Origin: Eledone cirrhosa
Taxonomy: Eukaryota
Reading direction: 5' to 3'
NCBI GenBank assembly: GCA_964016885.1
Contig: OZ024741.1
Coordinates: forward strand, 219,356,001-219,420,000
Length of the DNA stretch: 64,000 nt
Position numbers and translations under genes: made by a program
The notes under the pieces: generated by a model
What the model saw: the letters and a program-made list of their open reading frames with translations, nothing else
Database searches by the model: none
Told to the model about the DNA's origin: nothing
Part shown: piece by piece, positions 1 through 11,881 of the stretch
How the letters are laid out: the number at the start of each line of letters is the position of its first letter
How positions within the stretch are numbered: position 1 is the first letter of the stretch

Positions 1-233
1 ACGACAAAAAAACACACAGTCCACGCTGTAATGTGGTCATGTAGGTAACACGGTAAAACCTCCCAGTCCACACTGTAAACGTGGTTGGTGTTAGGAAGGG
101 CTTCCAGCCATAGAAAACCCGCCAGACAGTCCTACATGAGCAAGACAACCAATCTTGACCCAAGTGGGACAATTCCCGTCTAAACCTGTGGAAGATAGAC
201 GTTAAACGATGATGATGATGATGATGATGATGA
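1..233 (+). mobile_element. 3' UTR/tail of an RTE-clade LINE ending in (GAT)n
   Basis: Near-identical to 14232-14470, which follows an RTE RT C-terminus; GGTGTTAGGAAGGG motif; (GAT)n tail. Confidence 0.75.
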
Positions 234-249
234 TATATATATATATATA

Positions 250-1025
<776 letters not shown>

Positions 1026-1071
1026 TAGATAGGTAAATATACACGGGTGTGTATGATTGTGTATAGAAGAT

Positions 1072-1458
1072 TATATTAATAAGAGGAATTCCAACTTTGT
1101 CTGATTTACTCGTTTTATTTACAATCCTTTAAAATATATATAATGGTATTATAATGAAATAGTATGATAGAATATTAAATTCTAAGTGTTAATTGAACAA
1201 GTACTTTCATGCTTTCGCAATCTTCAGGTTCATGATATGTGGTGACAGTCGAGTTTGCAATTTTCAAAATTGCAAACTCGACTGTCACCACATATCATGA
1301 ACCTGAAGATTGCGAAAGCATGAAAGTACTTGTTCAATTAACACTTAGAATTTAATATTCTATCATACTATTTCATTATAATACCATTATATATATTTTA
1401 AAGGATTGTAAATAAAACGAGTAAATCAGACAAAGTTGGAATTCCTCTTATTAATATA
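1072..1458. repeat. Perfect palindrome with 193-bp arms and a 1-nt centre (1265); Penelope-like terminal repeat pair
   Basis: 1072-1264 is the reverse complement of 1266-1458 (centre GCAATTTT-C-AAAATTGC); lies near (TA)n tracts on both sides. Confidence 0.92.
1298..1336 (+). ncRNA. Minimal type I hammerhead ribozyme motif (mirror copy 1194-1232 on -)
   Basis: Stem I TGAAC/GTTCA; core CTGAAGA; stem II TGC-GAAA-GCA closed by T.T; GAAA; palindromic stem III AAGTACTT; predicted CUU site. Confidence 0.65.
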
Positions 1459-1489
1459 TATATATATATATACATATATACTCATATCA

Positions 1490-1722
1490 TCATCTCTATT
1501 TAATGTCCAATATTTTAATGTTGGCATGGGTTATACGAGTTACCCTGTTGTGAGTAATGTCAGGTCATGTGACCATGTCTTGCTTGTACAGAACCGATTT
1601 TGGGTTAGTTTATACACCTGGATGCCCTTCCTAGCACCAACCTCATTTACAGTGAGTGCTGGGTCTTTTTTGTTGTGACACCTACATGACCACTTTACAG
1701 TGTGGGCTGGGGACTTTTTTGC
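1490..1722 (-). mobile_element. Diverged RTE 3' UTR fragment
   Basis: GGATGCCCTTCCTAGCACCAACCTCATTTACAGTGAGTG is the reverse complement of the RTE 3' UTR at 700-750. Confidence 0.7.
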
Positions 1723-1907
1723 CATGTCGCCATCCTGATGTATATCAGGAGGTGACTACAGTTAATAAAGATATTCAGTACATTAGTAGAGTATAGACAT
1801 ATTTATTTCATTATAGAAATGACCTTTAAGGAGTAGAACTGTTTTATTTGTATATGCAAACACAGATGGTGTATTATTATGGTTAATTTATTTTATTTCT
1901 TCCACAG

Positions 1908-2055
1908 ATTGATGACACAGCATATTGCCGTTTGTTTCAGGAGGTGATGTGTGGCACCATCCGGTACTGGAATCTCATCAGTATTGTCTTAGAAAGTTTC
2001 TTTAACCAGAATGACAACAAAGAATTCGACAACAAAGAACAAAACAGTTTCATGA
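1908..2055 (+). CDS. CFAP99: Coding exon, CFAP99-like: IDDTAYCRLFQEVMCGTIRYWNLISIVLESFFNQNDNKEFDNKEQNSFM
   Basis: Acceptor ttttatttcttccacag; open frame of 49 codons + 1 nt; donor A|gtatgc (phase 1); resembles the CFAP99 N-terminus (EVLSGC..Y..LL.VV.DAFY), recalled from memory. Confidence 0.62.
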
Positions 2056-2163
2056 GTATGCTCAACTTTTCTTTCTCAATGATACAAGCAAAAAAGCAAC
2101 AAAAAAAAACTTCATATTCATGTAAGATCTTGTGAAAAACTAGAGTAATAAAAACAAGGTGAA

Positions 2164-2280
2164 GGCATGTGGCTTAGTAGTTAGAGAGTTGGGTTCACAA
2201 TCTCACAATTGCAAGTTCAACTCTTGGACCATGTGATGCGTTATGTCCTTGAGCATGACAATTTATTTCACGTTGTTCTT
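2164..2280 (+). mobile_element. tRNA-derived SINE head (family A), diverged
   Basis: A-box-like TGGCTTAGTAG, B-box-like GTTCAACTC, CCTTGAGCA.GACA core shared with 24506-24650. Confidence 0.65.
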
Positions 2281-2417
2281 TCTGCCAGGAGTTGCAACTG
2301 GTAGATAGTATCAACAATGGAAAGACCCCACTCGGCAAGCGAATGAGGTCTGGAATCTTGTCAATCGATCAGAGCAAGAATTAAAACAAAAGAGCTTCAT
2401 ATTCGTGGAAGTTCTTG

Positions 2418-2856
2418 TGATAATAATAATAATAATGAAAATTATTGTGAACAGTGCTCAGGTGCACTACAACTCATCAAAAATGCATGTATAGTACATA
2501 GAATAATGTACAAATGTCAGGAACATGCACAGTGTATGAGTCATGATATACAGAGTGTGTTTGGAGGGGGGATATCAGATGTAGTGTTAACAAATTTTGG
2601 GAAGCATGGAGGTTTTGAAGGATTCAATGTTCTGACATCTAACAACTGATGCAGGTAGTTTGTTCCATGCTTCAGTAACTCTGAGCATGAAAAAATGTTT
2701 CTGAAAGTCATGGGAGCTGTGCTGTTTTCTGATTTTGTAAGCATATCCATGGGTGTTAGACACATGTAATTCAAAAAGGTGCTCAGGGTTGTTGTTGGCA
2801 AGATGGTTAATAATTTTGTGGGTGTCTACCAAGTCAGTTGCTAAACATCGGACTTT
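2418..2856 (-). mobile_element. CR1/L2-type LINE 3' fragment
   Basis: ORF 2587-2832 THGYAYKIRKQ...KHFFMLRVTEAWNKLPASVV is a typical CR1 C-terminus; (TAA)n tail at 2418-2435. Confidence 0.75.
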
Positions 2857-2859
2857 AAT

Positions 2860-3688
2860 GTGCAGACGATATCTGTTCGCAAGATTACTGTCTAGGAAAA
2901 AATAACAGTAGTTTTATTTTTTAAGATTTATTTATCAAACTTGGGTCAATTTGTCTTCATGACTTGTTCTTTCGATCTCACTCAATAAACCCGCCATTGG
3001 CTTTGATGACGGCCTCAAGGCGGCCTCAGAACAGGCTACAGGCCTTTGTCACTGTCCCCCGACTTAGGCCCCTAAAGGCACTTGTGATCCTGGCCTTCAG
3101 ATTGTCTTTCGTATTACAGCTAGATCTGTTGGTGTCTCGTTCCACTGCGCCCCACACAAAGAAGTTGAGGGGGTTGCAGTCAGGCGAGCTGGGAGGCCAG
3201 ATGTCAGGTGAAGTGTGGTCGACGAAGTTCTCTGACAGCCAGGCTTGGGTCTTTTGGCTGGTATGGCAGGGCACTGAGTCTTGCTGCCACATGTACGGCC
3301 TACCTGCAGCTACCTGGTCGATCTAGGGCTTTATTACCTCACTCAGAACGTGGATGTAGCCATCAGTGTTCAGCTTGAGGCCCTCAGGGAAGAAGTGAGG
3401 TGGGATGACGTCACCTTGACTGCTGACGACACCTAACACCAATGTTGTCGCTGGAAACTTTGTCTGCATGACTCTGGGCATGTCTTTGGATGAGACAGCG
3501 AGCCACTTGTTGTTCTGGGAGTTGATCTTCTGATCTTATTTGTCCTCCCGGCGCGGATTCCAAGAAGAACTCCGTGCCTCTTCCACAAATTAGGAGGTTT
3601 TTATGAAGACAAGAGTGACAACGGGAGTAAAAAAAATTTGCATAAAATTAGCAGTTGAAAATTGCGAACAAATATCATCTACACCCTG
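2860..3688 (-). mobile_element. Decayed, internally deleted Tc1/mariner element of the DD37D (maT) type
   Basis: WQQDSVPCH...WPPSSPDCNPLN with 37 residues between the second D and the third catalytic position (now N); TIRs GTGCAGACGATATCTGTTCGCAA (2860) and TTGCGAACAAATATCATCTACACCCTG|TA (3662-3688). Confidence 0.85.
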
Positions 3689-3861
3689 TATATATATATA
3701 TATATATCTTTGACATAAATGAATAGTCCTTTCAACCTTATTTTGTATAGTTAGAAGTCCTTCCTATCACCAACCTCCCTACAGAATGCACTGAGTGTAT
3801 TTTATCATAGCATCAGCACTATGGAAGTTTTCATATCTTTGAATCTTTTGACACAATTGCA

Positions 3862-3890
3862 AATTGCGAACAAATATCGTCCGCACCCTA
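3862..3890. mobile_element. Extra solo copy of the same mariner TIR
   Basis: AATTGCGAACAAATATCGTCCGCACCCTA|TA matches 3660-3688. Confidence 0.7.
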
Positions 3891-3987
3891 TATTATAAAG
3901 AGTCTTTATAATATAACCATACTCTACTACACCAAGTATCTAGTACTCTGTTGAGTAATGTTCGAACCAGTTTTAAACTGGTTCTAT

Positions 3988-3993
<6 letters not shown>

Positions 3994-4052
<59 letters not shown>

Positions 4053-4102
4053 TTTCTCTCTCACTCTCTCTCTCTCTCTAGCTCTCTCTCTCTATATATA
4101 TA
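3994..4102. repeat. (CT)n/(TA)n microsatellite
   Basis: Direct reading. Confidence 0.95.
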
Positions 4103-4164
4103 TTCTTCAGTTAACTATATCTACTTGCCAATATTTCCTCTTCAAGTTCTCAAAATGTTCTCAC

Positions 4165-6090
4165 GTATAACTGCTTTACAGTTCTCACCAATAACTGTTC
4201 TACAGTTCTCAACTATTACTGTTCTACAGTTCTCAACAATAACTGCTCTACAGTTCTCACCTATTACTGTTTTACAGTCCTCATCTATAACAGTTCTCAC
4301 CTATAACTGCTCTACAGTTCTCACCAATAACTGCTCTACAGTTCTCACCAATAACTGTTCTACAGTTCGCAACAATAACTGTTCTACAGTTCTCATCTTT
4401 TACTGTTCTACAGTTCTCATCTATAACTGTTATACTATTCTCACCAATAACTGTTCTACAGTTCTCACCAATAATTGTTCTACATTCCTCACAAATAACT
4501 GTTCTACAGTTCCCACCTATAACTTCTAAAGTTCTCATTTATAACTGTTATCCAGTTCTCACCAATAACAGTTATACAGTTCTCACCAATAATTGTTATA
4601 CATTTCTCATTTATAACTGTTCTACAGTTCTCATTTATAACCGTTCTACAGTTCCCATTTATAACTGTTCTACAGTTCACACACACACATTACTGTTCTA
4701 CAGTTCTCACAAATAACTGTTATACAGTTCTCATTTATAACTGTTCTACAGTTCTCATCTATAACTGCTATACAGTGCTCACCTATAACTGTTCTACAGT
4801 TCTCACCAATAACTGTTCTCAGCAATCACTATTATACAGTTCTCACCAATAACTGTTCTACAGTTGTCACCTATAACTTTTCTACAGTTCTCACCAATAA
4901 CTGTTCTACAGTTCTCACCAATAACTGTTCTACAGTTCTCACCAATAACTGTTATACAGTTTCCACCTATAACTGTTTTACTGTTCTCACCTATAACTGT
5001 TATAGAGTTCTCACCTTTAACTGTTCTAGAGTTCCCACCTATTACTGTTTTACAGTCCTCACCAATAGCTGTTCTACACTTCCCACCTATAACTGTACTA
5101 CAGCTCTAACTGTTCTACAGTTCTTATCTATAACTGTTCTACAGTTCTCACCTATTACTGTTCTACAGTTCTCACCTATAACTGTTCCACATTTCTCACC
5201 AATAACTGTTATACAGTTCTCCCTAGTAACTGTTCTACAGTTCTCACCAATAACTGTTCTACAGATCTCACCAGTAACTATTCTACAGTTCTCACCCATA
5301 ACTGTTCTACTGTTCTCACCTATAACTGTTCTACAGTTCTCACCAATAATTGTTCTAAAGTTCTTATTCGTAACTGTTCTACAATTCTCACCAATAACTG
5401 TTATACAGTTCTCATCTATAACTTTTCTACAGTTATCATTTATAACTATTCTACAGTTTTCACCTATAACTGTTCTATTATTCTCACCAATAACTGTTCT
5501 ACAGTTCTCACCTATAACTGTTCTACTATTCTCACCAATAACTGTTCTACAGTTCTCACCTATAACTGTTCTACAGTTCTCAACAATAACTGTTCTACAG
5601 TTCTCACCAATAACTGTTCTACAGTTCTCACCAATAACTGTTCTACAGTTCTCACCAATAACTGTTCTAGAGTTCTCATTTATAACTGTTCTACAGTTCT
5701 CATCTATAACTGTTCAACAATTCTCACCTATAACTGTTCTGCAGTTCTCACCAATAACTGTTATACAGTTCCCACCTATAACTGTTTTACAGTTCTCACC
5801 TATAACTGTTATAGAGTTCTGACCTACAACTGCTCTACAATTCTCACCTATTACTATTCTGCAGTCCTCATCTATAACCGTTCTACAGTTCTCATTTATA
5901 ACTATTCTACAGTTCTCACCTACAACTGTTCAACAATTCTCACCAATAACTGTTCTACAGTTCTCAACAATAGCTGTTCTACAATTCTCACCTATAACTG
6001 TTCAACAGTTCTCATCCAAAACTGTTATACAGTCCTCACCAGTAACTGTTATACAGTCCTCACCAGTAACTGTTCTACAGTTCTCACTTG
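4165..6090. repeat. 24-bp minisatellite, consensus ATAACTGTTCTACAGTTCTCACC(A/T), roughly 80 units
   Basis: Direct reading; 8-aa periodicity (SPITVLQF) in the ORF track. Confidence 0.95.
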
Positions 6091-6135
6091 TTTCTAACTG
6101 TTTCTCACCCATATTTCCACCTGCTTTTCATTCAG

Positions 6136-6230
6136 TTCTCACCTACATCTACATCTTTAAACTGGAGCAGTTCCCGCTGAAATATTTACTGAACATAATG
6201 CACAGTTTAGACTCCAATCATGTACCTAAG
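6136..6230 (+). CDS. CFAP99: Coding exon, CFAP99-like: (I)LTYIYIFKLEQFPLKYLLNIMHSLDSNHVPK
   Basis: Acceptor cttttcattcag; donor AAG|gtaagc; 2 nt + 31 codons, phase-compatible with exon 1908-2055 (A+TT=Ile); resembles CFAP99 [24 protein letters not shown]..KMCK. Confidence 0.65.
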
Positions 6231-6296
6231 GTAAGCTTCTATGGCTATTTGTTTTCTTTTATTTTCTACCTCAGTTTTGGTGATTGAATATATACA

Positions 6297-6608
6297 CAGT
6301 GGAACCTCAGTTCACAAACTTAATTCACTCCTGAAGCCTGTTTGTCATCCGAAATGTTCATAAACTGAAACTATATTTCCCATACGAAATAGTGAGGAAG
6401 AAATACATTGAGAGAGAGAGAGATTGTGTGTGAAAGACAGAGATATCACCATAGTAACTAACTATTTGGCAGGTGACGCTTTCCCACAGATACTCCAATC
6501 GTTTTGCCAACTGTTGGTGCTGGCTTGTGTGTTTGTTACTTGAGACACCGTTTGTAATCCGAGATGTTTTATGTTTGGAAAAATTGTTCATGAGCTGAGG
6601 TTCCACTG
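6297..6608. mobile_element. Non-autonomous Tigger/pogo-like MITE
   Basis: TIRs CAGTGGAACCTCAGTTCA and TGAGCTGAGGTTCCACTG. Confidence 0.7.
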
Positions 6609-6821
6609 CAGGAATAAACATTTGAAGGAATTTGATCTGTCCAGCCTCCTCTCATTTTACTCTATAATAATTAACTCCATTCCTGACACCACCAACAGGA
6701 TTCAACATCAACGATGGATGAGTTGCATAATGTTGAGTGCTTTTCCTACTTTCACATCATAGTTAACTATGCGGAATGACCAGTTCTATCCAACTTGAAT
6801 GAATATATATATGTATATATG

Positions 6822-6822
<1 letters not shown>

Positions 6823-6858
<36 letters not shown>

Positions 6859-8228
6859 TTTACGTCCACTTTTCCCTGCTTGCAAGGGTGGGACGGGTCC
6901 TATTCAGCACAGCATCTCTCCACCTGTCACAGTCCTTCGTCATCTCCACCGTGAGCTTCAGTGATCTGAGGTCTGCTCTCACCACCTCCGCCCATGTTTT
7001 TCGTGGTCTTCCTCTACTGCGTCTTCCTTCAACTGGCATTTCTTGGCACTTCTTTATCCAGCGGTCATCCGCCATGCACATCACATGTCCATACCATCGC
7101 AATCTTCTCTCCCGCACACTACAACTTATCCCTCTTAAACACTGTTTCTCTCTCAACACATCAATGTTCGGTCATTCATGTACACTGCCATTGCACATCC
7201 AATGGAGCATGCTTGCCTCATTTCTCTCCAGCCATTGCATAACCTCTGGAGTTGCTGCCCATGTCTCACTATCATGCAGCATCACGCACCTCACACAGGC
7301 ATCATATAACCGGCCTTTCGTATGCAGGGAAAATCTCTTCTTTTTCAGCAGAGGAAGAAGCTCCCTAAATTTCTTCCAACGCGTCCTTATTCTAGATACT
7401 ATGGCCTCGGAACACCCACCTCCCATGCTAATCTGATCACCTAGGTACCAGAAGCTATCAACCACTTCTGTAGAACCTACCTGCATTTGAAAAATTTGTT
7501 TATCAATGCGACTTCTACTGTCAAATTTCCCTGTACATCTACTGCATACATATTTCTCCCTACCTGTTATTTTACCTGCTATCCCATTACATCTCTTGTG
7601 TACCCAAGATCTGCATTGTGTGCATTTTATAGAATTTATGCCAGTTCCTTTTCTGCATATCGAACATGGCCATTTCCCTGATGGAATCAGTTTTGTCCTC
7701 TTTTCTACTAATCAACACTTTTGTCTTAGCTAGGTTCACTCTCAGTCCTCTTGCTTCCAACTGCTGTTTCCATAGCCAGAATTTATTCTCTAGCTCCTCT
7801 ACTGATTCTGCTATAAGAACCAGATTGTCAGCATAGAGAAGTTCCATGGGCAGCCAGTCTTAAACTCCTCTGTTATGGCTTGGAGGACTATAATAAACAT
7901 GAGCGGGCTGAGGACTGAACTCTGATGTACTCCTACTTGTATCTGGAATTCCTCACTAAACTCCATTCCTACCCTCACTTTACTGACAGCACCTCTGTAC
8001 AAAGCTTGCACTGTCCTCACAAGCCATTCCTCAACACCTAGTTTCCTTGGGGACCACCAGATGACAGATCGGGGTACCCTATGAAAGGCCTTCTCTAGGT
8101 CAACAAAAGCTAAGTATAGTGTCTTATTCTTCTCTAAGAACCGCTCTTGTAATTGTCACACTAAAAAGAGGGCATCTGTTGTACTTTTCCCAGGCTCAAA
8201 ATCAAACTGCATCTCATCTAGTTTAATA
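6823..8228 (-). pseudogene. RTE LINE reverse transcriptase, frameshifted and 5'-truncated, with (GAT)n tail
   Basis: FVDLEKAF.RVP region near 8070-8110, GVHQSSVLSPLMF, LLYADNL, FWYLGD, RRLRWYGHV, RGRPRKTW across frames; (CAT)n at 6823-6857. Confidence 0.9.
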
Positions 8229-8440
8229 TGTATATATATATATCTATACATATATATATATATTTTTTTTTATGACCATGCTGTAAAATGGAGGGGTAGA
8301 GAGGGCCCTTGAGTCTAGTTAGACATACTCTAGTACATCTAGTTTAATATGTATATATATATATATCTATTTTTTTTTATGACCATGCTGTAAAATGGAG
8401 GGGTAGAGAGGGCCCTTGAGTCTAGTTAGACATACTCTCT
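8216..8440. repeat. Local tandem duplication of about 110-120 bp
   Basis: CATCTAGTTTAATATG...GTCTAGTTAGACATACTCT occurs twice (from about 8216 and 8337). Confidence 0.85.
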
Positions 8441-9703
8441 AGTGCTGGTGGCACAAATAAAAGCACTCAGTCAATGCTGTAGAGTGGTGCTGGTGTTAGG
8501 AAGGGCATCCAACCAGTGTATCAATGCCAACACGCTTATCAGCACAGTAACAAATAGGAACAACAACAAAATATGAAGACGTTGCATCTCAGAGTTGCAA
8601 CACTTAATGTTGGCACTCTCAGAGGTAGATCTGCTGAAATAGCGGAGATGCTGGAGAGAAGGCATGTGGATGTGTGCTGCGTGCAAGAGGTGAGATGGAG
8701 AGGTGCCTCTGCGAGACTAGTCGTAGGCAAACATCTTAGCTATAAGCTTTTCTGGGTAGGTAAGGATGATGGGTTAGGGGGAGTAGGAATTTTCCTGGCT
8801 GAGAGATGGATCAATAAGACAATAGAGGTAGTCCGAGTTAGTAATCAAATAATTAAGCTTAGATTAGTTGTAAACAGGAGACTACTGACAATCATCTTTG
8901 CCTATGCTCCCCAAGCAGGCCTAGGCAAAGATGAGAAAGACTGCTTTTACGAGCAACTTTTACAAACAACCGCTTGTTGGCAGACTGTATGATGCGTGTA
9001 TATGAACAGCAATGTTACATGGAAGTCCAACCTGGGCGCTGTCTGTAGAAGACTTGTGCAGATTAGAAAGAAACGAAGCTTGCATGCTCTGATGGATGTG
9101 TAATAGTATAAGCGGAACGGCAAAGTATAAACGAATTGAGAGAGAGAGACTGAGCATCAGAGGAAGCAAATGCTGTGTGCAGGAGAGGAGGTTACGTTGG
9201 TATGGACATGTGATGCGTATGAAGGATGACAGCTGCATAAAAAGGTGCAGAGCAATAGAAGTCGATGGAAGCCGCGGATGAGGTGATAAAGGCCGACCTT
9301 ACCCAATTGCACCACTCAAGAGCAATGACACACAACCGTGACCTCTGGTGTCACGCAGTAATACAGAAGACCCGACCTCCCACAGGAATAAGCCGAAGCT
9401 GAAGCATATAGACAATATGCCCCCACACCCTCCCACTGCAAAGTGGTCATGGAGGTGCCTCAGCAAAAAAGCACCCAGCCCACACTGTAAAGTGGATGTA
9501 TAGGCGCCACGGAAAAAAGCACCCAGCACTCATTGTAAATGAGGTTGGTGTTAGGAAGGGGACCCAGCTGTAGAAATCAAGCCAGAATCAGTTCCTGTAT
9601 AAGCAAGACAGTCAGCCGACTGGACACTGCCCACAACAGGACAACCCGTCTAACCCATGCTAGCGTGGAAGAACGGATGTAAAAAGATGATGATGATGAT
9701 GAT
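8441..9703 (+). mobile_element. Internally deleted RTE LINE: APE endonuclease N-terminus joined to RT C-terminus and 3' UTR
   Basis: ORF 8573-8992 LRVATLNVGTL...DVCCVQEVRW...GGVG...IIFAYAPQ, abrupt switch near 8970 to the GRLYDAC...RRLRWYGHV region; (GAT)n tail. Confidence 0.85.
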
Positions 9704-9741
9704 GTATATATATATGTATATATATACATATATATATACAC

Positions 9742-9878
9742 GTCTATCTTCCATGCTAGCATGGGTTTAGACGGGAATTGTCCCACGTGAGGCAAGACAA
9801 CTAATCTTGCCTCACGTGTAACAATTCCCATCTAAACCCATGCTAGCATGGAAGATAGACATTAAACGATGATGATGA
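9742..9878. repeat. Fold-back palindrome of the RTE 3' end (arms of about 55 bp, 7-nt loop)
   Basis: 9743-9797 is the reverse complement of 9805-9860 with about 3 mismatches. Confidence 0.85.
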
Positions 9879-9977
9879 CACATATATATATGTATATATA
9901 TATCTATATATATATGTGTATATATATATGTGTATCTATATGTATATATATATACATATATATATATATATAGTGTG

Positions 9978-10013
<36 letters not shown>

Positions 10014-10060
10014 AGTATATATATATGTATACATATCTATATATATATATATATATATAC

Positions 10061-10092
<32 letters not shown>

Positions 10093-10411
10093 ATCATCAT
10101 CATCATCATCATCATTTTATGTCCGCTTTTCCCTGCTTGCAAGGGTGGGACGGGAACTGATTCTGGCTTGATTTTTACAGCTTGAGGCCCTTTGTAACAC
10201 CAACCTCATTTACAGTGAGTGCTGGGTGCTTTTTTGCCGTGGCGCCTACATGACCACTTTGCAGTGGAATGATTTCTACAGCTGAGTAAACTGAAGCAAT
10301 GTGAAATAAAGTGTCTTGCTCAAGGAAACAACACATCACCCGGTCTGAGAATAGAACTCACAACCTTTCGATTGCAAGGCCAATGCTCTAACCACTAAGC
10401 CAGGTGCCTCC
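10093..10411 (-). mobile_element. SINE family A with RTE-derived 3' tail
   Basis: Reverse complement of 24506-24846; tRNA-like head at 10340-10411, RTE tail and (GAT)n at the other end. Confidence 0.8.
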
Positions 10412-10412
10412 T

Positions 10413-10750
<338 letters not shown>

Positions 10751-11159
10751 GCAAATAATGCAGCTATCCTGTACAATATACAACAACTCTATCAATAGAC
10801 TGGGGAAGAACACTGAATACGATGTGACTGGCAACAGAAACCAATGATTTGTCAGGAGGAAATTAGTTTTCTGTCTATATGAACAAACCCTACTCCCTAA
10901 CCTCACCACGCCCCATCCTATCCCAGCCCTACCCCGCCCTGTTTAAGTAGAATCATAATATCTTCTGTATAGATGTGGTCCTTCTCTGTCCCATACCACA
11001 CACACACACGCGACTCAACATGTTCACCCCCAGGAAATGAACATAACATCCTTTCTGGAAATATTCTGTTTTACCATAATTTCATTGCTGATGATGTACA
11101 CACACACACTCATACATTTATCATCATCATCATCGTTTTTACGTCCGATTTTCCATGCT

Positions 11160-11188
<29 letters not shown>

Positions 11189-11196
<8 letters not shown>

Positions 11197-11499
11197 AAAA
11201 AGAGATGAAATCTAAAATGCAACTGGAGTCTTATTTAAAAAAAAAATATATATATTTATTTATTTGGTTCCTTTACCGGTTTCGCAGTTCTTCTGCTTTT
11301 CAAAAGGTGAGTTGAGATGGAGGGTCTGTGGTTTTTCTCAGATGTGAGAAAAACAACAGACCCTCCATCTCAACTCACCTTTTGAAAAGCAGAAGAACTG
11401 TGAAACCGGTAAAGGAACCAAATAAATATATATATATATATATATATTTTTTAAATAAGACTCCAGTTGCATTTTAGATTTCATCTCTTTTTCTTTATA
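11189..11499. repeat. Near-perfect palindrome with arms of about 150 bp and a 4-nt loop (11341-11344), carrying a degenerate hammerhead
   Basis: Arms are reverse complements except in the A/TA-run and about 2 substitutions; the right arm continues about 60 bp to (TA)n. Confidence 0.9.
11378..11415 (+). ncRNA. Degenerate type I hammerhead motif (mirror 11270-11307 on -)
   Basis: Stem I CCTT/AAGG; core TTGAAAA (2 changes from CTGAnGA); stem II GCAG/CTG(C/T); GAAAC-CG-GTA; AATAAA 5 nt downstream. Confidence 0.5.
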
Positions 11500-11560
11500 C
11501 TTTCACTCGTGTAGGACACCTCGGTTATTTTTCAATTTGTAAAAAAAACCTCACTTTCTA

Positions 11561-11602
<42 letters not shown>

Positions 11603-11621
11603 GTACATGTATATGTATATA

Positions 11622-11674
<53 letters not shown>

Positions 11675-11706
11675 GTATGTATGTATATACATATATATGC
11701 AAATAA

Positions 11707-11842
11707 TGATGATTTCTAAAGAGTGAAACAGTTCTAGTCCTGTAGAATCTCATCTATATTAAAACTTTTATACTGCTATGTATTGAGTACCTTACTTACT
11801 CTGGTTGCCTCCGATTCAACCCGGATCAACCCGGAATAACGT
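11707..11842 (+). mobile_element. Penelope-like terminal repeat fragment with a 5'-clipped hammerhead; inverted partner of 16314-16382
   Basis: TGATGA-TTTCTAAAGAGT-GAAACAG-TTCTAGTC-CTGTA-GAATCTC; ends in (TA)n. Confidence 0.55.
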
Positions 11843-11846
11843 ATAT

Positions 11847-11881
<35 letters not shown>

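Noticed and set aside
1722-1751. Possible upstream exon end (CRHPDVYQE|gtgact)
   Set aside because: Directly abuts an RTE fragment; no acceptor and no recognisable homology
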